A stretch of DNA of 64,000 nt from Azolla caroliniana (lineage: Eukaryota > Plantae > Polypodiophyta): the NCBI GenBank assembly GCA_043228905.1, contig JBHGNT010000015.1, positions 14,756,001 to 14,820,000 on the forward strand, read 5' to 3'. A program made the position numbers and the translations under genes. The notes under the pieces were generated by a model. That model made no database searches. It saw only the letters and a list, made by a program, of their open reading frames with translations, and was not told the origin of the DNA. Shown piece by piece: positions 50,481 through 64,000 of the stretch. Numbering within the stretch: position 1 is the first letter of the stretch; each line of letters opens with the position of its first letter.

Positions 50481-51149
50481 CAGAGTCAAGAGATGTCGAT
50501 AGTCATGGCTGACTCAGGGTCGGGCTAGGCAAATGAGCTATCTGTGCGGAGAGAAGAGCAGGGAGAGCTTCTGTGTTGTGCAGGGTTGGAGAGATGACTT
50601 AGGTTACCTTTTTGTGCTGAGGGAACAATAGTGTCCAAGATCCTTCGAGCCATGTCGTCCACATGTGGGAAGTCAGAGAGTACTTGTTATCTTGGTTTAC
50701 GTGCTTGCATGGAAAACCTTAAATATAGCTCTACCTTTTTCTTTTTCTTTTTCAATTTTTTTTTCATACATAACGGTAATGGCTATTAATAGTTTACACT
50801 AATATTACAATATTGAACAATGAGTTCCATACTAATGGAGGGTGGGTCCGCTGCCAGAGGTTGATTTGGCAGGGAGTGGGTCGGTGTCTTTAACCGCTAA
50901 CTCCGTGGAGTTTCTGAACGGATTCGGGGGCGTGGGTCTTGAGTAAGGGTTTAGTCAAAATCCGTTGACCTTTTGTCGCAAAATTTCTCTAGCTAGGATT
51001 CCTAGTTCGAAGGTGCCAAAAGTGTTACCCGCTCTGCTTTGTCCTTTCCCACTTGGTCGTCCGAGGCGGCCAATAGAGGGGATGATTGTCTATTGTCTAT
51101 GGAAGAAGCAAAATTCAAGAAGATTCTAGGGCAACACGAGAAAGCATTC

Positions 51150-53900
51150 TCCTTCAATCCCCAAAAATTGGATGTGTGGATCTGAAAGTGGTTGAACTGA
51201 TGATCATCTTCGTAATCCCACACGTTCCGTGGAATTTGAAGCTAATTCAGTGCCAAGAGCGAGGATACCGCAATTAATTGAGTTTCTAGAGGAAAATGTG
51301 AAAATGGGCATCTTGAAACCATCTAATGCTCCATACTCAAGTAGATGGTTTATGGTGCAGAAGAAGGATGGGCAACTTCAATTCATCCAAGACATGCATT
51401 CGGTGAATCGAGTCATCATCCAAAATTCAACAATGGAGCCGATAGTAGATGACTTTGCCGAGATGTTTGTTGGGAGGGCGATCTACTCGATGGGTGATCT
51501 TGACTTTGGCTACGATAAATTCCAATTTGCAGTTAGTAGCCGAGATATCATCTCCATTAGGACTCCGATCGGATTACTTCAGATGTGCACCTTACCTCAA
51601 GGTGAGACCAACTGGGTTGCTCACATGATGAACAATATGCACAAAGTTCTCCAAGATTTTATCCCTCACATAACCATGCCTTTCTTAGATAATATTCAAA
51701 TCAAAGGATGTGAGGAAAGAATGAAGAATGAAGAGTTGGATAGTGTTGGATGTCAGAAGTTCATTAGGTATCACATAGAGGATTGTGATAAGGTGCTTTT
51801 GAAAGTAGAGGAAGTACACGTGACAATTTCGGCTCCAAAATCAATGTTTGGGGTTCGGTAGGTACTAGAGGTAGGGCATGTGTATAAGCCATACGGAAGA
51901 AAACCGACACTAGCAAAGATCAATGCGATACAGAATACAAAGGAGGATTGCAATTCTGTATGTGAGGTTTGGAGGTTCTTGGGCGCTTATGTCTTCTATT
52001 GTAGGTTTATTCCACACTAGGCCCACATATCATATACAGTGTACCAACTATTAAGAAAAGGTGAAGTGTTTGAGTGGACAAAAGAACACTCCAATGCAGT
52101 TAGAAGACTGAAGGAGAATCTAGCTAAAGCTCTTGCTTTCAAACAACCAAACTACACCCAAATATTGATCGTCACAGTTGATTCGAGTCTCATTGGGATC
52201 TGAGGTTTGGAGGTTCTTGGGTGCATGTGTCTTCTATTGTAGGTGGATTCCACACTAGGCCTACATATCATATCCAGGTACCAACATTAAGAAAAGGTGA
52301 AGTGTTTGAGTGGACAAAAGAACACTCCTATGTAGTTAGAAGATTGAAGGAGAGTCTAGCTAAAGCTCTTGCTTTCAAACAACCCGACTACACCCAACCA
52401 CTAATCGTCACGGTCTATTCGAGTCCAATTGGGATCGGGTGGATGATAAGTTAGCAAGATGAAAAAGGCGGAAGACATCCAATTTGATTTGGTGCAAAAG
52501 TGCTCATTGGGTGTTAGCGAAAGTATGTGCAAGTGAAGAGAAAGCTTTGGGGGATAGTAACTGCCATCAAGACAGAAATGGACTATCTAATCGGTGCAAG
52601 AGTGATTGTAGAGATAGATTTTTTACTAGTTCTCAGAATTATTGCAATTTAGGATATTCCAAATCAAGCGATGCTTAGGTGGTGTTTCTACATAAAATCC
52701 ATCAACCTCGAGTTTCGACATATATCTAGAGATAAGAATGCAATAGTTGATATGGTGTCTAGAGCAAGTAGCAGAATTAGATAATGAAGAAGAAGAGCAT
52801 TGAAATTTAGCCATAAACACAATTAGAAGGGGTGAGCCACATGAAGAACATGAGTTTAAGGAAGAAAAATGTGATGAAGTATCTACAAGCACCATGGAAA
52901 GAAGGAACGCGGAGTGGGAGGAACATCTTGAACTTTTGAAGGAAGACTCACTGATTCTTCTTACATGATGGATATCTATGGGAGCACCCTAAGTGTAAAA
53001 TGGGAAATCCAACAGGTTATCTATGACCAAGTGCAACGGGAGCAGATATTAAAGGAGTTGCATGATAGGGAGTGGATTGGACATCGTGGAGTCTGGGCAA
53101 CATTTAGCAAAATAAAGGAAAGATATCGGTGGTCGAGATTCTGCAATGAAATCAAGAGGTATGTGGAAACACACCCAATGTGTCAATTCTATTCCAATAT
53201 TAAGTATAGGCATGAGTTGCACCCAACTTACTTGTCGGGTGTACACTACAAGTGGATTGTGGATATAATGGCAATGCCGATGGGGGCAAGTTAGAAGAGG
53301 TTCTTTGTGCTAGCCAAAGAAGACTTACAAATCATGTAGAAGGGGGAGCACTAAGATCAAAGGCCACGTCAACAATATGTCATTTATACTTGAGGATATA
53401 GTGTATAGGTGTGGGTGTGTAGGAAAGATAATGGTCGATAGAGGTGAGCCCAATTCTGACAAAGCCGAAAGATTGGAATTCGGCTATCATTGACAAATTC
53501 ATATAATCCTAAGATGAATGGGAAGATAGAAAGAGGACATGGCCCAATAGTCAAGGCACTTGCAAAGGTAGAGTACCGAAGGTCTTCCAATATGGGTTGT
53601 GGGCTGACAAGACCACATACAACTGGCCAATTGAAGAGAAAATCTCTACATGTGCGGTGCTCTCATGGAAGTCAGAAATGAGTAGAGAAGACTTGTTGGC
53701 TATTTGAATCCAACAACTACAATGTCAAATAGAACATGTAGAAAAGGTTGAGCACTAAGAAGCTTAAGGAAGCTTGGGTCAAGAACAAAGCAAGATTTGA
53801 CAAACTGAAAAGACTACATTCATGAAAGATCCAAGAAGGAGACTTGGTGTTGGTACTGGACAATACCCTCGAAAACCAGTACAAGATATCATGCATCACA
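51150..53900 (+). mobile_element. Degenerate non-chromoviral-type Ty3/Gypsy pol (RT, RNaseH, integrase) with an internal ~240-bp duplication
   Basis: PSNAPYSSRWFMVQKKDG, MCTLPQGETN, PFLDNI, ELHDREWIGHRGVWATFSKIKERY, YNPKMNGKIERGH. 51961-52200 is repeated at 52201-52440. Confidence 0.8.
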
Positions 53901-54263
53901 TGTAGCACATGTGCACCAAACGGCGATCATACATTACATGGATTACATGCATTGCGAGTTTTAGACCGTGAGGATGATGCAAGAAGTGCGAGTTGTATAC
54001 AATCGGTGGGTGTATGTGAGAGGGAGAGTGTTAGCTAAAGAACACAAGTGTGTGTGTGAGAGAGAGAGAGATACAAAGATGAGAGAGAAATATATATACA
54101 AAGTTTAGAGAGAGAGAGATACACTAAAAACCAATTCATATTAAGAAACTTAAAAGGTAATACAAAGAAATGGTCAATGTGGCAAACTAGTTTCGCTCCT
54201 AAGGAATTCATCAGTGCACACGACCATGTAGAATTTGAGGGGTTTATATAGGGAATATAAGGG

Positions 54264-54267
<4 letters not shown>

Positions 54268-54312
<45 letters not shown>

Positions 54313-55525
54313 TTCAAATTTTATGATGTGGGAGTTAGGGGGGGTGATGGATTTGGTGGGGGGGTAAAACATTTTATGGGGTTATTTGAAAATGTGTGAT
54401 GTGGGAGTTAGGGAGGGTGATGTATAGTGGTGGGTAGGAAAAGATTTTATAGAGATCTTTGAAAAAAGGATGGGGTATGAGAGGGGAGGGGTAGAGAGCA
54501 TGCATTTAGAAGTAAGGGGGGAGGGGTAGGAAGTGACATGGAAATTAAATTGGAGGAAAGGGTAGAGTGAGATTTAGAAGAATGAAAGGGGGAGGGTTAG
54601 GAAATAAAATTAGAAATAAGTAGGGAAGGGTAGGAAACAAAAATTAGAAATAAGGTGCGAGGGGTAGAATAAAATTATTGAAAGTGGGAGGGGTAAAGTA
54701 ATAATTGGGAATGAGGTGGGAGGGGTAGGGTGATCACAGAAAAATAGGAGGGATGGGTATAAGTGAAAATCTAGAAAAAAGAAGGGGGAGGGGTAGATTG
54801 AAATTTAGAAAAAGGGGCAAGAGTAGGAAGTAAAATTTAGAGAAGTTTGAGGGGTAGAATGAAATTAAAGTTAAAGAGGGGAGGTTATAGTGACATTTAG
54901 AAGAAACAAAGGAGGAGGGGTAAAATAAGATTTAAGAGAGAAGGGAGGAGGGGTAAAAATTAGAAATAAGGGGCGAGGGGGTAGAATAAAGTTAGTGAAA
55001 GAGGGAGGCGTAGAGTGGGAATAGGAAAACTAGCGGGAGGGGTAAAACGAGAAAATTAAAAAAGTGAAAAGGGAGAGGGAGTAGAAATAGGAGTTAGAAG
55101 TCAAGTGGGTAGGGGTAGAGGGAAATTAGTGAAAGAGAGAGGGGTAGAGTACAATTTAGAAAAGAGAAAGGAAGGGTAGAACGTAAAAAGGTAGAAGTCA
55201 AAGGAGGGTAGAATGAATTTTAGAAAAAGAGGGGTAGAGTGAATTTTAGAAATCAATAGGGGGGAGGGGTGAAGTGAAAAATTAGATAAGCAAGGGGGAA
55301 GGGTAGGAGGAAAATTTTGAAAGGAAAAGGGAGGGATAGAGTGAAAAAGTAACTAAATGAATTAAAACAGAGGGGGAGAAATAGGAGGTTAGAGTGAGAC
55401 AAAATAGAAGGGAAAAGGGGAGGGGTAGAGAGAGAATTAGTACTAAATAAGGAGGGGTAGAATGAAAATTAAGTGGAAGGTGGAGGGATTAAAAAAGACA
55501 TTAAACAAAAATAGAGAGAGGGGAG
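54268..55525. repeat. (GA)n followed by ~1.2 kb purine-rich degenerate GGAGGGGTAGA..AAATT..AGAA repeat
   Basis: The + strand is almost free of C, with GGGGTAG/GGGTAG cores recurring roughly every 25-30 bp. Confidence 0.85.
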
Positions 55526-57187
55526 CATTTTAACAATTTGTCGAACATATACATATAGAGTATTAGTACTTATTCTTGCAAAGCACAATGTGATCCATTG
55601 CATTCTATAAATTAATTAGTGTATATTATACAAAATGGAAGAGACATGAGTTACTAAAGCATAGTTAAAACATCCAAATTGTTCTAAACATAAAAGAAGC
55701 CTTCCAATTATGTTTGCAAATGCTCCTCAAATATAACCTTAAATAAAACTTTCAATTCTAGGATTCTCAAAAGGAAATGATACATTGTAAAGAAGTTGCC
55801 AAGAAAATACCATGATATCACAGAAAAATGAAAGTGCTTCAATGTGAACATTTAGTTATCTTCATGTAAAAATTATTTATACCTAAATACTCTATAATTA
55901 GTCATTGATATCCCCCACATGTTATAGGGATTCAATATGAATATTCTTCTTCTTCAAATATTATCCCTCACATGTTTTAGGGATTCAATACGAATAATCT
56001 TCTTCTTCAAGTATTCTATGTATTTGGTAACATGTGGAAGTCACAATTAATTGATTTATCACTAGATGTAAATGCTTTTATATGCATGAGTCCCATCACA
56101 CTAATTTGACTCTAAATTATATCAAGAGATGGTTCATGGAATGTCATTTGATCTATAAAATGAGTAAGATCTTTGGATAACTTACTTCTAGATCTTTGTA
56201 AGTTTTATTTGTTTGGACATCCTACATCAAAGATTTATAGATTCAATCTTAAAGATAACATCCATGGTTCACTTATATTTCAAGGGTGGTGACACCTCTC
56301 TTTGTTGCTACAGTCTTTGAGTGTCAAGAAACATACTTTAACTAGGACATTGACAAATAATCAAGAGAGAGAGAGAGACGGAGTTTCTAAGAAAGGATGG
56401 TGACATGTGAAATTTGAAATCGCATAACAACATTCCATGTGCAAAAGAATTTTGTAAGTTGACAAGTCACGAGACCAAGTTTACATTTTCCTATCCCCAC
56501 GTTAATGATATAGCATAACCACCTATTAATCATTCCCGGAGAAATGTACGCTTAATAAACACAATTTGGAAGTGAAGGAAGACCTTTCCTCATGTTGCCT
56601 TATGGGATGTTCACGATGATTTTTGCATACTCAACACACAATTCTCCATTGGGATGTATTTTCATGTCAACAATTGTAGGATGACCATTCCTTGTGCTCT
56701 CACAAGGTTCTATTCATTGCCACGACAGAGAATGGGTTTAGGTTTGAGACCAAGTGAGAGGGGCATTTTGAAGGTGGAGGTTTCTAACAACGAGGCAACA
56801 TCGAACGGGAATTGCAATGGTGCAAATAATTGGATGATGAGAGGCATGTGGAGAATCACATCAACCGTAGCATTCAAGCAACAAAAACACAAATTGATGA
56901 TGGGTACAAAGGGAAAGAGCAAGTGGTAGCACCAATGTGTTCAAATGGAAGACTAGGACTAGTCTTGCTTTGGATTAGAAAGTGTAAAGGGGGTGTGGGC
57001 CTTGGGGGTATAACGTTTTGTTTGTATTAGAAGTGTGTGAAAGAACGAACACATAAGATCTTGTGAATACCATTTGTGCCTTGGACCGGGTCCTCCATGA
57101 GACTAGTCCAAGCAAAGAACCTCCTTAAAAAGAAAAACAATGGGGAACACTTGTGAAGTGCTCACCTTGTCTTGTGAATCTCTCCTT

Positions 57188-57221
<34 letters not shown>

Positions 57222-57281
57222 TATACATCATTGAACCATTTCTTCCATCATCTAGCCTCAATTTGTTTGTTTTGGACAACC

Positions 57282-59606
57282 ATGGCCACCACTAACAACT
57301 CTACCGCGGAGTCCAAGCTGTCTGAGCTCCGTCGCCCGCCCACATTGCCGTTGCCTGTGGCCGGTGTGAATGCGCTCTTCATCGATGGCCCTGTGGCGAA
57401 GCCCCCCCATTGGGTGAAGGCCGCGGAGGCACTCCAGTCGAGCCACTTCGATGAGGTGCGAGGCATGGTTCGCCAGTTCCTGGAGACCGAGTCAGTGGTC
57501 CTACGGGGGAGTAGCCTCACGGTCGGCCAAGTCACGGCCATCACGCAACGCGCATCCGTGGCGGTCGAGCTCGATGAAGCCGAAGCCAAGGCTCGTGTGG
57601 ACGAGAGCTCCAACTGGGTCCTCAACAACATTCTAAAGGGGACCGACACTTACGGGGTCACGACGGGGTTCGGGGCCACTTCACACCGCCGGACAACACA
57701 AGCCACTGATCTACAAAAGGAGCTGATACGCTTCCTCAACGCAGGGGTCATCGCCCGCCCGTCGGACGGCTGCACTTTGCCCATCAAGTACGCGCGTGCG
57801 GCCATGCTCGTCCGGACGAACACATTGATGCAAGGCTACTCGGGCATCCGGTGGGCGATCCTGGATGCAATGAGGAAGCTGATCTGCGCCAATGTGATAC
57901 CGAAGATCCCGCTCCGCGGTACGATCACAGCATCCGGGGACCTTGTGCCGCTCTCTTACATTGCCGGGCTCATCACCGCGAGGCCGAATTCGGTGGCCGT
58001 GGTGCCCGATGGCCGCGAGCTCAAGGCGATCGAGGCCCTAAAGCTGGCGGGGATCGAGGAGCCCTTCGAGATCCAACCCAAGGAAGGATTGGCCCTAGTC
58101 AATGGGACCTCGGTTGGGGCCGCGGTCGCATCCCACGTTTGCTTCGACTCCAATGTCCTGGTCCTCCTGGCCGAGGTCTTGTCGGCCCTCTTCTGCGAGG
58201 TCATGCAAGGGAAGCCCGAGTTCACTGACCCACTCACGCACCAGCTCAAGCATCACCCGGGGCAGATCGAGGCCGCCGCGGTCATGGAGTTCTTGCTCGA
58301 AGGGAGCTCCTACATGAAGGCAGCCGCAAAGCTCCATGAGAATGACCCCTTGTCGAAGCCGAAGCAAGACCGGTACGCGTTGCGTACCTCGCCCCAGTGG
58401 CTCGGCCCCCAGGTGGAGGTGATAAGGTTCGCTACACACGCGATCGAGCGAGAGATCAACTCGGTGAACGACAACCCTCTCATCGATGTGTCACGGGACA
58501 TGGCCCTCCACGGCGGGAACTTCCAAGGGACTCCCATCGGGGTGTCCATGGACAACATCCGGATCGCGCTCGCGGCCATCGGTAAGCTCATGTTCGCCCA
58601 ATTCTCGGAGCTCGTTTGCGACTACTACAACTCTGGCCTACCCTCCAACCTCTCAGGGGGGCCCAACCCGAGCCTCGACTATGGCATGAAGGGTGCGGAG
58701 ATCGCAATGGCCGCATATTGCTCCGAGCTCCAATACCTTGCTAACCCCGTGACAACTCACGTCCAAAGTGCGGAACAACACAACCAAGATGTGAACTCCC
58801 TCGGCCTCATCTCGGCCCGGAAGTCAGCCGAGGCGGTCGAGATCCTCAAGCTCATGTCGTCCACCTACTTGATCGCACTCTGCCAAGCCGTGGATCTCCG
58901 ACACTTGGAAGAGAACATGAAGGAAGTGGTGAAGAAGCTTGTGGAGAAGGCCATCACATCCACTTTCCATGATGATCTCAATGCCACCGACAAGGGCTCG
59001 CCCTTCCCGACCAAATTCTCGGAGAAGGAGCTCTTGCAAGTTGTTGAGCACCAGCCCGTGTTCTCCTACATCGACAATGCGTCCAATCCTGCCTATTCTC
59101 TAATGCTACAACTCCGAGAGGTGTTGGTCGAGCAAGCCCTAAAGTCACAAGCATCATCGAATGACGAAACATCGGTGCCCGAGCTATTCAAGAAGATCCC
59201 GACCTTCGAGGCAAACCTAAAAGCGCTCCTTGATGAGGAGATCCCCAAGGCTAGGGAACGCTATGATTCGGGCGACTACGCCGTTCCGAACCGGATCAAA
59301 AAGTGCCGAACCTACCCCTTGTACAAGCTAGTGAGGACCGAACTAGGTACCGATCTCCTTAGGGGTACCGCGACAAGGAGCCCAGGGGAGGACATCGAGA
59401 AGGTTTTCATCACGTTCCTCGAGGGCAAGCTCCTAATACCTTTGCTGAAATGCTTAGAAGGGTGGCGCCGGTCGGCTGGACCATTCACTCCTCGGACCGT
59501 GCCGGCCTCACCGGCAGTGTTTAACCCTACTTATTGGGCATGGTTCGACAATGTCCGGTCTCCGTCCGCCACTGCCGGGAAAGGCTATTGGTCCCTTGGA
59601 GTGTAA
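57282..59606 (+). CDS. PAL: Phenylalanine ammonia-lyase, intronless (774 aa from ATG 57282)
   Basis: [31 protein letters not shown] signature [64 protein letters not shown] start context. Confidence 0.98.
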   Translation: MATTNNSTAESKLSELRRPPTLPLPVAGVNALFIDGPVAKPPHWVKAAEALQSSHFDEVRGMVRQFLETESVVLRGSSLTVGQVTAITQRASVAVELDEAEAKARVDESSNWVLNNILKGTDTYGVTTGFGATSHRRTTQATDLQKELIRFLNAGVIARPSDGCTLPIKYARAAMLVRTNTLMQGYSGIRWAILDAMRKLICANVIPKIPLRGTITASGDLVPLSYIAGLITARPNSVAVVPDGRELKAIEALKLAGIEEPFEIQPKEGLALVNGTSVGAAVASHVCFDSNVLVLLAEVLSALFCEVMQGKPEFTDPLTHQLKHHPGQIEAAAVMEFLLEGSSYMKAAAKLHENDPLSKPKQDRYALRTSPQWLGPQVEVIRFATHAIEREINSVNDNPLIDVSRDMALHGGNFQGTPIGVSMDNIRIALAAIGKLMFAQFSELVCDYYNSGLPSNLSGGPNPSLDYGMKGAEIAMAAYCSELQYLANPVTTHVQSAEQHNQDVNSLGLISARKSAEAVEILKLMSSTYLIALCQAVDLRHLEENMKEVVKKLVEKAITSTFHDDLNATDKGSPFPTKFSEKELLQVVEHQPVFSYIDNASNPAYSLMLQLREVLVEQALKSQASSNDETSVPELFKKIPTFEANLKALLDEEIPKARERYDSGDYAVPNRIKKCRTYPLYKLVRTELGTDLLRGTATRSPGEDIEKVFITFLEGKLLIPLLKCLEGWRRSAGPFTPRTVPASPAVFNPTYWAWFDNVRSPSATAGKGYWSLGV

Positions 59607-59861
59607 ACAGGACTGGGGAAGCATCCAAACCTTCTCTTCCCTTCTCTTCTTCTATCACTCAGTTTCCCTCTCTCTACTTTTTGCAAGTTATCTCTCTACT
59701 TTTGCCTAAATTCGAAACAATGCCCCTCTATCGTTACTAAGCTAAGGGCACAACAATAATTAACAATAATAAATGACAATTGACAAATACCCTACCTACA
59801 TTTACACATTCTGTTTCTTTACAATGTGAACTTTTATCTTCTTTTCTTTTACATGTCATTG

Positions 59862-60016
59862 ATGAGTTGTAATGCTATAGATATATTTTGTCTTGGTGAG
59901 TTGTAATGGTATACATAGATATATGTTGTCGTGGTGAGTTGTAATTGTATACATAGATATATGTTATCATGGTGAGTTGTAATCGTATTCGCATGTGTTG
60001 GTGGTGAGTAGTAATG
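59862..60016. repeat. ~38-bp tandem repeat downstream of PAL
   Basis: GGTGAGTTGTAAT.GTATACATAGATATATGTT occurs 3-4 times. Confidence 0.75.
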
Positions 60017-63000
60017 CTCCCACTACTATTTCTATAATGAAATGGGGGCCTTATGGGTGTTAGCACCGAAAATATATGAATACACCCCAAACTCAACCAT
60101 TAAGACTCGAAGACCTAAATTGCATTGATTCCCCAGAGTAAGTAAAAGTCGAGAGGTTCACAGTTTATTATATACAAGTTATTACTTCAATTCACTTGAT
60201 TCTCCTACAGAGCATAGAAAGGACAAAATTGATGGAAACATCTTATCCCATTGCACATGCAAAAAGCTACTTACTTAATAGAAATATCATTCCATTGCTC
60301 TTAAAGCAAAACATGACGTACCTTTCATCCAACCATGTATATTTAACCACGTGTTAATCAACTAATTAAATATAGAAAAAAAGGTCAAACCAAAAGAGGA
60401 CATCCACCAATTAAGACAAGAGACTTGTCATAACGCTCCTAATATTTCTTATGACTTGTAATTTATATGCTATATGTATGGGTGATAAAAGATACTGTTA
60501 AATTAAAGAGCAATGAAAGTTCTTTGGATATTCATTGGGATATATTTTGCTTTACAAAAAATCTAAAAGTTGTCAAGGGAAAAATCAAGGAAGCAAGAGA
60601 CAATCATACAATGACTTGCTTGAGAGAATGCATTAAGAAGAAATCATTTAGAGTGGGTTGATTGAAGACCATTTGGCAACATGATATCCAATACTCATTC
60701 TTAACCTCATTAGATTAAAGTTCCTTCAACACGCTATTTTTACCAGATGGAGAGTTAGACATTAATAAGAATAATTAGATGCTCTTATTTTCAAATTTCC
60801 TTCATCTTCATGTTTGCACTTGACTCAAAATTCTAATTTCCTTCATCTTCATGTGGTGGTGTTTTGTTTCCAATTGAACAAAGAAAAAGACTCATCGAAC
60901 TATGATAACTTGACCGTGTTTATCTTTTGATATCACCATAATAACAAAGCCTATTTAAATAAAGTCTTTTGACTTGAATCAATTGAGGGGCATGTTCATG
61001 TATGATTGTGTCCACGACTAAATGTGACAAGCTTGTTAAACCACTCATCAAGTACCCTAATACCTAAAGATTTTGGTGCCTAGAAGGCTAAATTTGGGGA
61101 TGGTAAAGGATTTCCATGTGCCCATATCATACAAAATATATGGCTCATGTCTTTTTCCTTGCTTAGGACAAACTTTTAAATCATGACAATAGTAAGCGGG
61201 GTTCTCGATGTGCCCTCATCTAACACCAACAGCCAAGTGTCAACATTTTTGTATAATTATTGCATGCACACATACCATTCTACAAGAGTGCACTCAAGTA
61301 GGCTTTGATAATCAATTGTATTATTTTTTGTAGTACTTTATCTCTAATTTACATGCAATTTCATTGCCATGATCTATATATGGCCATGCGCATAGAGAAA
61401 ATTGTGGTATTCTTTGAAGGTCAAAGTAGTTTGTGAGCCTCATCATATTATTTCATCGTTTGGAGTTTCCCGGGGATGTAATTGAAGGACACAACAACTA
61501 CTCTCTTGAAGTTTGTTGCTAAATTGTTAAACAACTCTAATTGTAGCCAAGCACTTGATTCACAAGATAGCGTTTTTTCCCTTTTCATATATAACCCTTC
61601 GCATCCAGTCTAACAATGAGGCCACAATACACATCTACGAAATACGAGGGAATGATCACAACTAAATTTAATCTCATTCAGACCCCACAACTCTTAATGC
61701 AGCACATTAGATCCTTACTACATAGAAGAAGCGAGGCCAAATAACCTTGGAATAATAAATAAAGAGAAAATATTTAGGTGTGTGCCGTCCTTCACTATTC
61801 CTATTTTCATAATAAAAATTGTTGATAAGAATGGTTAAACTATTTTGTATCATTGCTATGTATATCTCACAAATTGAATATTTATTAAATTCTATGGCTT
61901 ACAAGGACATATGAAAAGCAAGGAAATTATATGTTTAACTATAGCTTGTGCGGATGAGATCTACATCTTGATCAATATAGTACATTGATAGCTAAGCTGA
62001 TTTGAAAGGGAATACATAAAATAATGCACGAAATTCTTGTAAGTGGAAGCACTAGAAAGTTGTCATGACGGTGGCAAGCAATAAGATAAAAGCACATGGC
62101 AAAGTTTTCTAGTGGGTTCGGCAATTTGGGTTTCTTTGCCTAATACAGATTTGACCTTAGTTTGAGAAGTTTGAGTATTTACACAGTAGTAATAATCATG
62201 GACACAAATTATTGAAGAAAAAAATTTACACCATCGTGAAGAATTAAATGAGTAAGATGATCACAATCTCAAGGAAACATAATAAGTAGATTAAGGTTTA
62301 TTATTATTTTACATTAGCAACAATAATATGCAATCTTTTCTCTTTTCCACAAGATCAAAAGTTAATGGTGTTCCTCTTTACACAAACAGAGCAAATGATT
62401 GAAGGTTGTTTTGAATCACATCTTCGATAAAAACTAGATTTATACTTGAAGGTAGTGTTGGGCAAACTTTTTGACCCTAATAAGAAATTCCGGATCAGCC
62501 ATTTTCCTATTACTATACATGTCATTTGTAACAAGAAGGAATTAATTTTTTTTATCTAACTACTTTGTAAAGTTTCACAATTGAACCATCAATATAGAAA
62601 ATTGTAGAACATATACAAATTTCCCATTTCTTATTAACCTAACTAATGATATTGTCTTAAATCTGTCATATGCTAAGATTCCACCAATTAATTATTGTCA
62701 AGTCATCTATGGCTCAAATAATATATGTTTGATGAGGTTCATGTCAATAGGATAGATGATGATGAATGTTACGAATTTATGGTTATGGAGGGGTTCATAG
62801 ATTCACAACCTTAAAATTGGCCCTAGTCTTGTTGGCCACTAGCACTGATACACATACAAATAGTAAAGTTTTGGCCACATATACAAATACACCTAAATAA
62901 ACTCATGAAATATTACACATATAATACAAAACTTATTTACACATTCACACACACACACACACACACACATATATACGTACACATATTTACACTAACCCGC

Positions 63001-63439
63001 ATACAATGATACAAATTAGTACCCTTGAAGGCTATCATTCACTTGCAAGCTACATTCTCAAAATGAGGAAACTCTAAGTGATTTAACACATACCAAGTGG
63101 AGTTTTTTTTAAACGTAATTCTTCATCAAGGACACAATCTTCTTTGGTCCAGGTTCCCAGTAGTCGTGTTGTTTTTCACACGCATGCTTGTGAATTTCAT
63201 GTACATCTAACAAACACTCGGGGAGGTAGTACATACATTCCTTGTGTAGCCATCTGACATTGTATACATTTAACAAACACTTGAAGAGGTATTACAAGCA
63301 TCTTTGTTACGTGCATGACCATAAATTATCCCATGGTAAGATTATACCGTAGTATTCTATACACGTGGATAAAGTGTGAGGGTTCAACGAGAGTGTAAAG
63401 AAGGAAGGATTACTTTTAATCCTAGGAATTGGGACAACC

Positions 63440-64000
63440 CATAAGGGCCAAGTGTGAACTTGTTTAGGGGCCTAAGGTGTGGCTATAAATATGAGGGCTA
63501 GCTACCATCATTAGGACATGATTCAACTACGTTGAGACTCTATGCTTGTGGTGATTCAACTCTTGTAGCGAATGCGCCAATACCAGGTACGACTCAGGTT
63601 TTCTCGATCTTCCAAGAATTGCTCGCCATAGAAGAGAACCAATACGGTTGAAAGCTAAAATGCCTTTGAACTGACAATGGGGGAGAGTTTAAGTCTGAAG
63701 AATTCGTCGAATTTTGCCGATAAAGCGACATTCGACGTGAATACACGAAACCTCATAGTTCGGAGTAGAATGGATCTGCTGAGCGGATGAATCAGACAAT
63801 TCAAGAACGAATAGTGTCCATGCTCCAACACTCTAGGTTGTCGGATGGATTCTGGACAGAGGCTCTATTTATGATAGTGCACATAATCATTATGTCACTG
63901 AGTAGGCCTTTAGGACTTCAAATACCTTTGGAATTATGGACGAGCACTAAGTCGAATTACGACAAGCTGCGGATTTTCGGATGTGAAGCATACGTCCTCA
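63440..64000 (+). mobile_element. LTR fragment joined to a degenerate Copia integrase
   Basis: AGGGGCCTA..TATAAATATGAGG.CTAGCTACC is shared with the 12711 solo LTR. Then KLKCL*TDNGGEF..NGSAERMNQTIQER..FWTEAL..LRIFGCEAY. Confidence 0.75.

Noticed and set aside
57153-57281. 43-aa N-terminal extension of PAL in the ORF track
   Set aside because: It starts at GTG and runs through CT/CA microsatellites typical of a 5' UTR. ATG 57282 has good context.
57248-59172. Many overlapping and antisense ORFs within PAL
   Set aside because: Expected shadow ORFs of a GC3-rich coding sequence.

Overview
Eukaryotic land-plant genomic DNA, probably a fern or other seed-free vascular plant. This is inferred from the Tcn1-like chromoviruses, a PLS-type PPR remnant and the type of PAL C-terminal extension. 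Four host genes are supported: exon 1 of a DOMINO1/EMB514-like DUF3223 gene (-, runs off the left edge), a 10-exon DEAD-box RNA helicase (+, 5543-11292), a 9-exon Pumilio/PUF gene (+, 30807-35362) and an intronless phenylalanine ammonia-lyase (+, 57282-59606). The rest is largely nested, degenerate transposons (Copia, Gypsy, LINEs, three hAT MITEs with 8-bp TSDs, solo LTRs) plus a 100-N gap. The most notable signal is a group of Tcn1/Tf1-like LTRs, including a 2.1-kb non-autonomous element. They lack a tRNA primer-binding site and instead have an 11-12 nt self-priming PBS that co-varies with a sequence about 30 nt downstream of the LTR TATA box. They also carry a tRNA-like A-box/B-box (Pol III type-2 promoter-like) cassette at the outer 5' end of the LTR, pointing outward, in four divergent LTR versions.
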